Virus record (IMG/VR): IMGVR_UViG_3300036770_005052
Span: 64,001-128,000 of that record
DNA from: a virus
Reading direction: 5' to 3' (one strand)
DNA: 64,000 nucleotides
The notes below the pieces were generated by a model. It did no database searches. It saw only the letters and a list, made by a program, of their open reading frames with translations, and was not told where the DNA came from. This document shows positions 60,476 through 64,000 of the stretch, piece after piece. Position 1 is the first letter of the stretch, and each line of letters starts with the position of its first letter. Both the position numbers and the translations under genes were made by a program.

Positions 60476-63400
60476 ACTCTCATACACACAGAGGACTAAT
60501 GAAACGCAACAACTTTGATCTTATGGATGCTTGGATTGTTTTGGTTGCTGGTGGTGCTGTTTTGGTTATTACTGTTGCTCCCATCATAGGAGTTATGAAA
60601 GTCATTACAACTCAACAAGCACTCAACGAACAGTGTGGGACTCACTACAACTTCTTCCAAGTTACTACTGCGGGTGATAATCTTTCCCGTCTTTGCCAAA
60701 TCAAAAATCAAACGGTGACTATCAAATGACTTATCAAATCACAAAAGAAATTCGTATTCTTCACGAACAAGATGATTGGGATTATGTTTTTACAACTGAT
60801 GAGTATGGAACTGTGAGTGTTATTAGTTCCGAAGGTTTAGAGGCAATGACTGGTAAAACTACAACCATTTACATTCCCAAAGATTGTATTCAACACTTTA
60901 TTGATGCTCTGGAGCAACTGAAATGACTGAACAAGAAGAACTTCTCAAAGAATATCAAAAAGAAGTTGAGAAATGTTGGGAACTTGCTCAAAAACTTGAT
61001 ACTCTAAATCCTGAACTTGTTGGTGCCTTTACTGGAACACCAAGTCAAAGGATTGAACGACAACTTTATGCTCTTGGTGTTTTGGAATGACTGACCTCGC
61101 AAAATCCGTAAAGATTAACCCTTATACTGGAAAGATTTCAATTATGTGTGATGACCGAGTTGCCTTTACTATTAGTATTCTTGACGGTCATACTATTGAG
61201 GTTCGTGGTGGTGATGTAGTAATGGATAAAGGAGTTGCTTATGATGAAAAACTTCAAATCACTCCTTGTTATTCTAATGTGGTTCAAGTAAGCAAAATGA
61301 GGTATGAGTGAAATGACTGCCTTTAATTACAAAGGATACGGACGCATCTACACTAATCCAGAGAACATTCAAGATGTAGAAAACATTATTCAAGAACTTG
61401 ATGAGTTTGAGTGGGGTTATTATACAGGAGGACTTGTAGCATCTTGGGATATGTATCCAAATGTTGAGTATGTTGGTAAGTTTGAACTGAATGAAGAAAA
61501 GTTCAAACAAATCTGTAAGGAACGAAACATTCCTGTTTTTGTCTTTAATGCTTATGATAATGATTATCCTCGTGGTTATGTCAAAACCTTGACTGTAGAA
61601 GAAATCAAAACACTTTCTTATGGAGAACTGAAATGGAAATAACTATTCAAGCAACTGAACTTCTTCAACTCTTCACCAAAGCAGAAAAACTTGACTTAAG
61701 TGTTAAGGTTCATGAGGACAAAGATGGGGATTATGTAATTCGCATCTATGAAATGTTCCGTCCAGAAAAGTTTGAAGAAAAAGTAGTCATCGATCAGAAT
61801 GGTGGAAGCAGTTGGAACAAAGGTTCGTATAGTTTTGATGCTATGATGGATGTTCTTGATGGGATGTTGGAAGAAAAACTATTGGAGGAAATCAAAGCAC
61901 GAAAACGACAAGAACTGATTGCTCGTTTGACTGATGAAGAAAAAGAACTTCTGGGGGTAAAATGAAACTCAACACTATTGTTTTACTGAATGCTTATCAA
62001 ACAATCATTCTTTGTTGGGGAATAGCATATATTCTTGGTATTTTGGAATGAAACTCTTAATCAAATTTCTATTTCAAATACCACTACTTTACTTTTTAGT
62101 CTTTGGAGTAAATTCAATTGTCGGTGATAACTTTTGGATTTCTTCTCTGGTTATAACTGCTGTCTTATTCCTTTATACTACTGGTGATTACCTTGATGGA
62201 GAAAAAGATGACTGAACAACCTAAACTGTGTAAAGATTGTCTCCACTATAAGAAAAGTTGGTTAGGTCATCTTTTTGGGAGCAGCTCACTTGATAGATGC
62301 TACAATCCAATCATAACTAATGATTTAATTACTGGAGATATAAAGAGTAAATCTTGTGAAAATGCCAGAGATTTTGAGATGTATTGTGGTAAAGATGGCA
62401 AGCATTTTGAGCAACTATGGGAGGATAGGAAATGACTGAACTTGAACTTGGGCAAATGTTGTTTGGAAATCCCACAGAGAAATATAGTGTTCCTCGTGAG
62501 AAATGGATGGGTGGTCCATTCCAAATCCTGATTGATGCGATTACAGAAAAGACAGGAGAAAAAGATTATGGATACACTCCACATTTCTCCAATGACTTCT
62601 TTATCATCCGTCCTTATTATTGGGGTGATGAAGAGGATGAAATGAATAAACCTAACTTTGAAATCCCAAGTGAAAACTTCCGTTTGACTTGGTATAAGTA
62701 TCCTTTTAGGAGTTCTTATGCGAGTGAGAAACTTACTCCAAAGAGGTGGAATGACCTGATTCAAAAATGTATTAAGAGTTTGGAAGAATGACTGACGAAC
62801 AAATCCTAAAACTTGCTAAAACCTGTGGGTTTGATGAATTTCCAGATAATATTACATCAACCAAAAAACAACTCTTGAAATTTTCTGCATTAATCTACAC
62901 AGAAGGTTTCAAAGTAGGATACGATGAAGGTTGGGAAAGTAGTAATGTAAGCACCAAAATGAATACTTGGAGTTCTGATGATGACTAACAAACTAAAATT
63001 TACACAAGTATCACGAGTAATCTGCCCGAAGACTGGTGTTCATTATCTTGATGCGATTGATGAGAATGGAATACACTGGGTTGCTCAACAAGAAATTGGT
63101 GTGGAACGGTGGATTACATACAAAGAAGTTTGGAAGAAAGACCCACAACAACCATTAGACCTATGAAACATCCAGCAAACGATTGGGACTTTGATGATAC
63201 AATTGAAGAAGCATTTCAGGAATGGTTTAATGACCTTAATGGTGGTTTTGCACTTCGTAGTGAATATTTTTTCGGTGATGCGGAAATCGGGGATGTGAAT
63301 ACTCGTAAGGATTTGATGTATAAGTGGTTGCACTCTGCGTTCGTTATGGGGTATAATATGGGAAAAATGGAAGGACTTGAAGTAGGACTGACAAACAATG

Positions 63401-64000
63401 ATTGAAATTGACCCCTCTCTTATTCTCAAAGACAAAGATTGTATCTACTTTCACGGAGAAAAGTATCAAAAAGTAGTAGAACCTAAAAGTTTTTATGATA
63501 AACTTTGGGAAGAACTTGGGAAGAAAGTTGGATATGGTATTGATTGTGATCAACTGACTGATGGGGTTATGGATTTGATTAAAGATAATATTCCAGAACC
63601 TTTGGAAAATAAGTATCACTCTGATATTATTGCAGGATACAATAACGCACTCAACGATTTAAGAGAGAAGTTCTGATGACTGAATTTCAACCAAAGAAGC
63701 AAAATCCAGAAGAAGTTGCCGATGGATTGCGTAATGCTTTTAGACAAGCAATCAAAGATGGTGTGATGGATGCTACTCCTTACTTGAAACAAATGACTAA
63801 ATATCAACCAAATCCACAAACATTAGAACAAAAATTTGAAGAAATTCCTGAACTTTTAGACCAAGTTGATGCTCTTATGGAGTTTTATCCACTTCCCACT
63901 GCTGTATGGAGGGATATAAAGAAATTGATGATTTTGTCTTATGATAAAGGTTATAGTAGGGGTGGATATGATACTCATATGAAATATGCTGGAACTGACT

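Larger units (their letters stand above)
43020..64000 (+). other. Hyperplastic array of dozens of small (about 45-180 aa) co-oriented hypothetical ORFs
   Basis: ORFs tile the + strand with ATGA/TAATG overlaps; no recognisable enzymes; several internal paralogue families. Confidence 0.9.

Noticed and set aside
43975-63819. Minus-strand ORFs in the small-gene array
   Set aside because: All overlap tightly coupled + strand ORFs, have hydrophobic shadow composition and no supporting signals
41686-64000. Classical integron with attC sites
   Set aside because: No tyrosine recombinase in the window, no RYYYAAC/GTTRRRY ends, and each element carries its own -10 box; only an analogy is kept
1-64000. 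Photosynthesis genes, introns, inteins, homing endonucleases, transposases
   Set aside because: None recognised; core genes here appear uninterrupted, so the cyanobacterial host call rests on gene content and synteny only

Overview
64 kb of an AT-rich T4-like myovirus genome, most likely a cyanomyovirus (inferred from gene content and order; no database search was possible). Four zones. (1) 1-4.3 kb: replication and late-transcription genes (thyX fragment, phoH, exonuclease, gp33, gp59, gp32). (2) 4.3-16.4 kb: head-completion, baseplate and tail genes, including a predicted -1 frameshift joining the gp26-like and gp51-like ORFs just upstream of tape-measure-like genes. (3) 16.4-41.6 kb: large fibre/adhesin genes (two Gly-X-Gln collagen-like proteins, one with five reelin-like repeats; an S74-chaperone fibre with a Gly-rich gp38-like partner), two 2OG-Fe(II) oxygenases and a DUF3431-like gene. 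This zone is interrupted by a sigma70-driven islet holding a Phd/YefM-like ORF, an atypical tRNA with a UAU anticodon, a pseudoknot and a degenerate tRNA-Leu. (4) 41.7-64 kb: an SF2 helicase followed by dozens of tiny, tightly coupled + strand ORFs. This array is punctuated by 11 full and 2 half copies of an element made of a dyad GACACTT-N4-AACTGGC, a sequence-variable hairpin, TATAAT at a fixed 50-51 bp from the dyad start, and a conserved leader. The element looks like a combined operator/terminator/promoter that also bounds exchangeable gene cassettes, and is the strongest candidate for a little-characterised system here.
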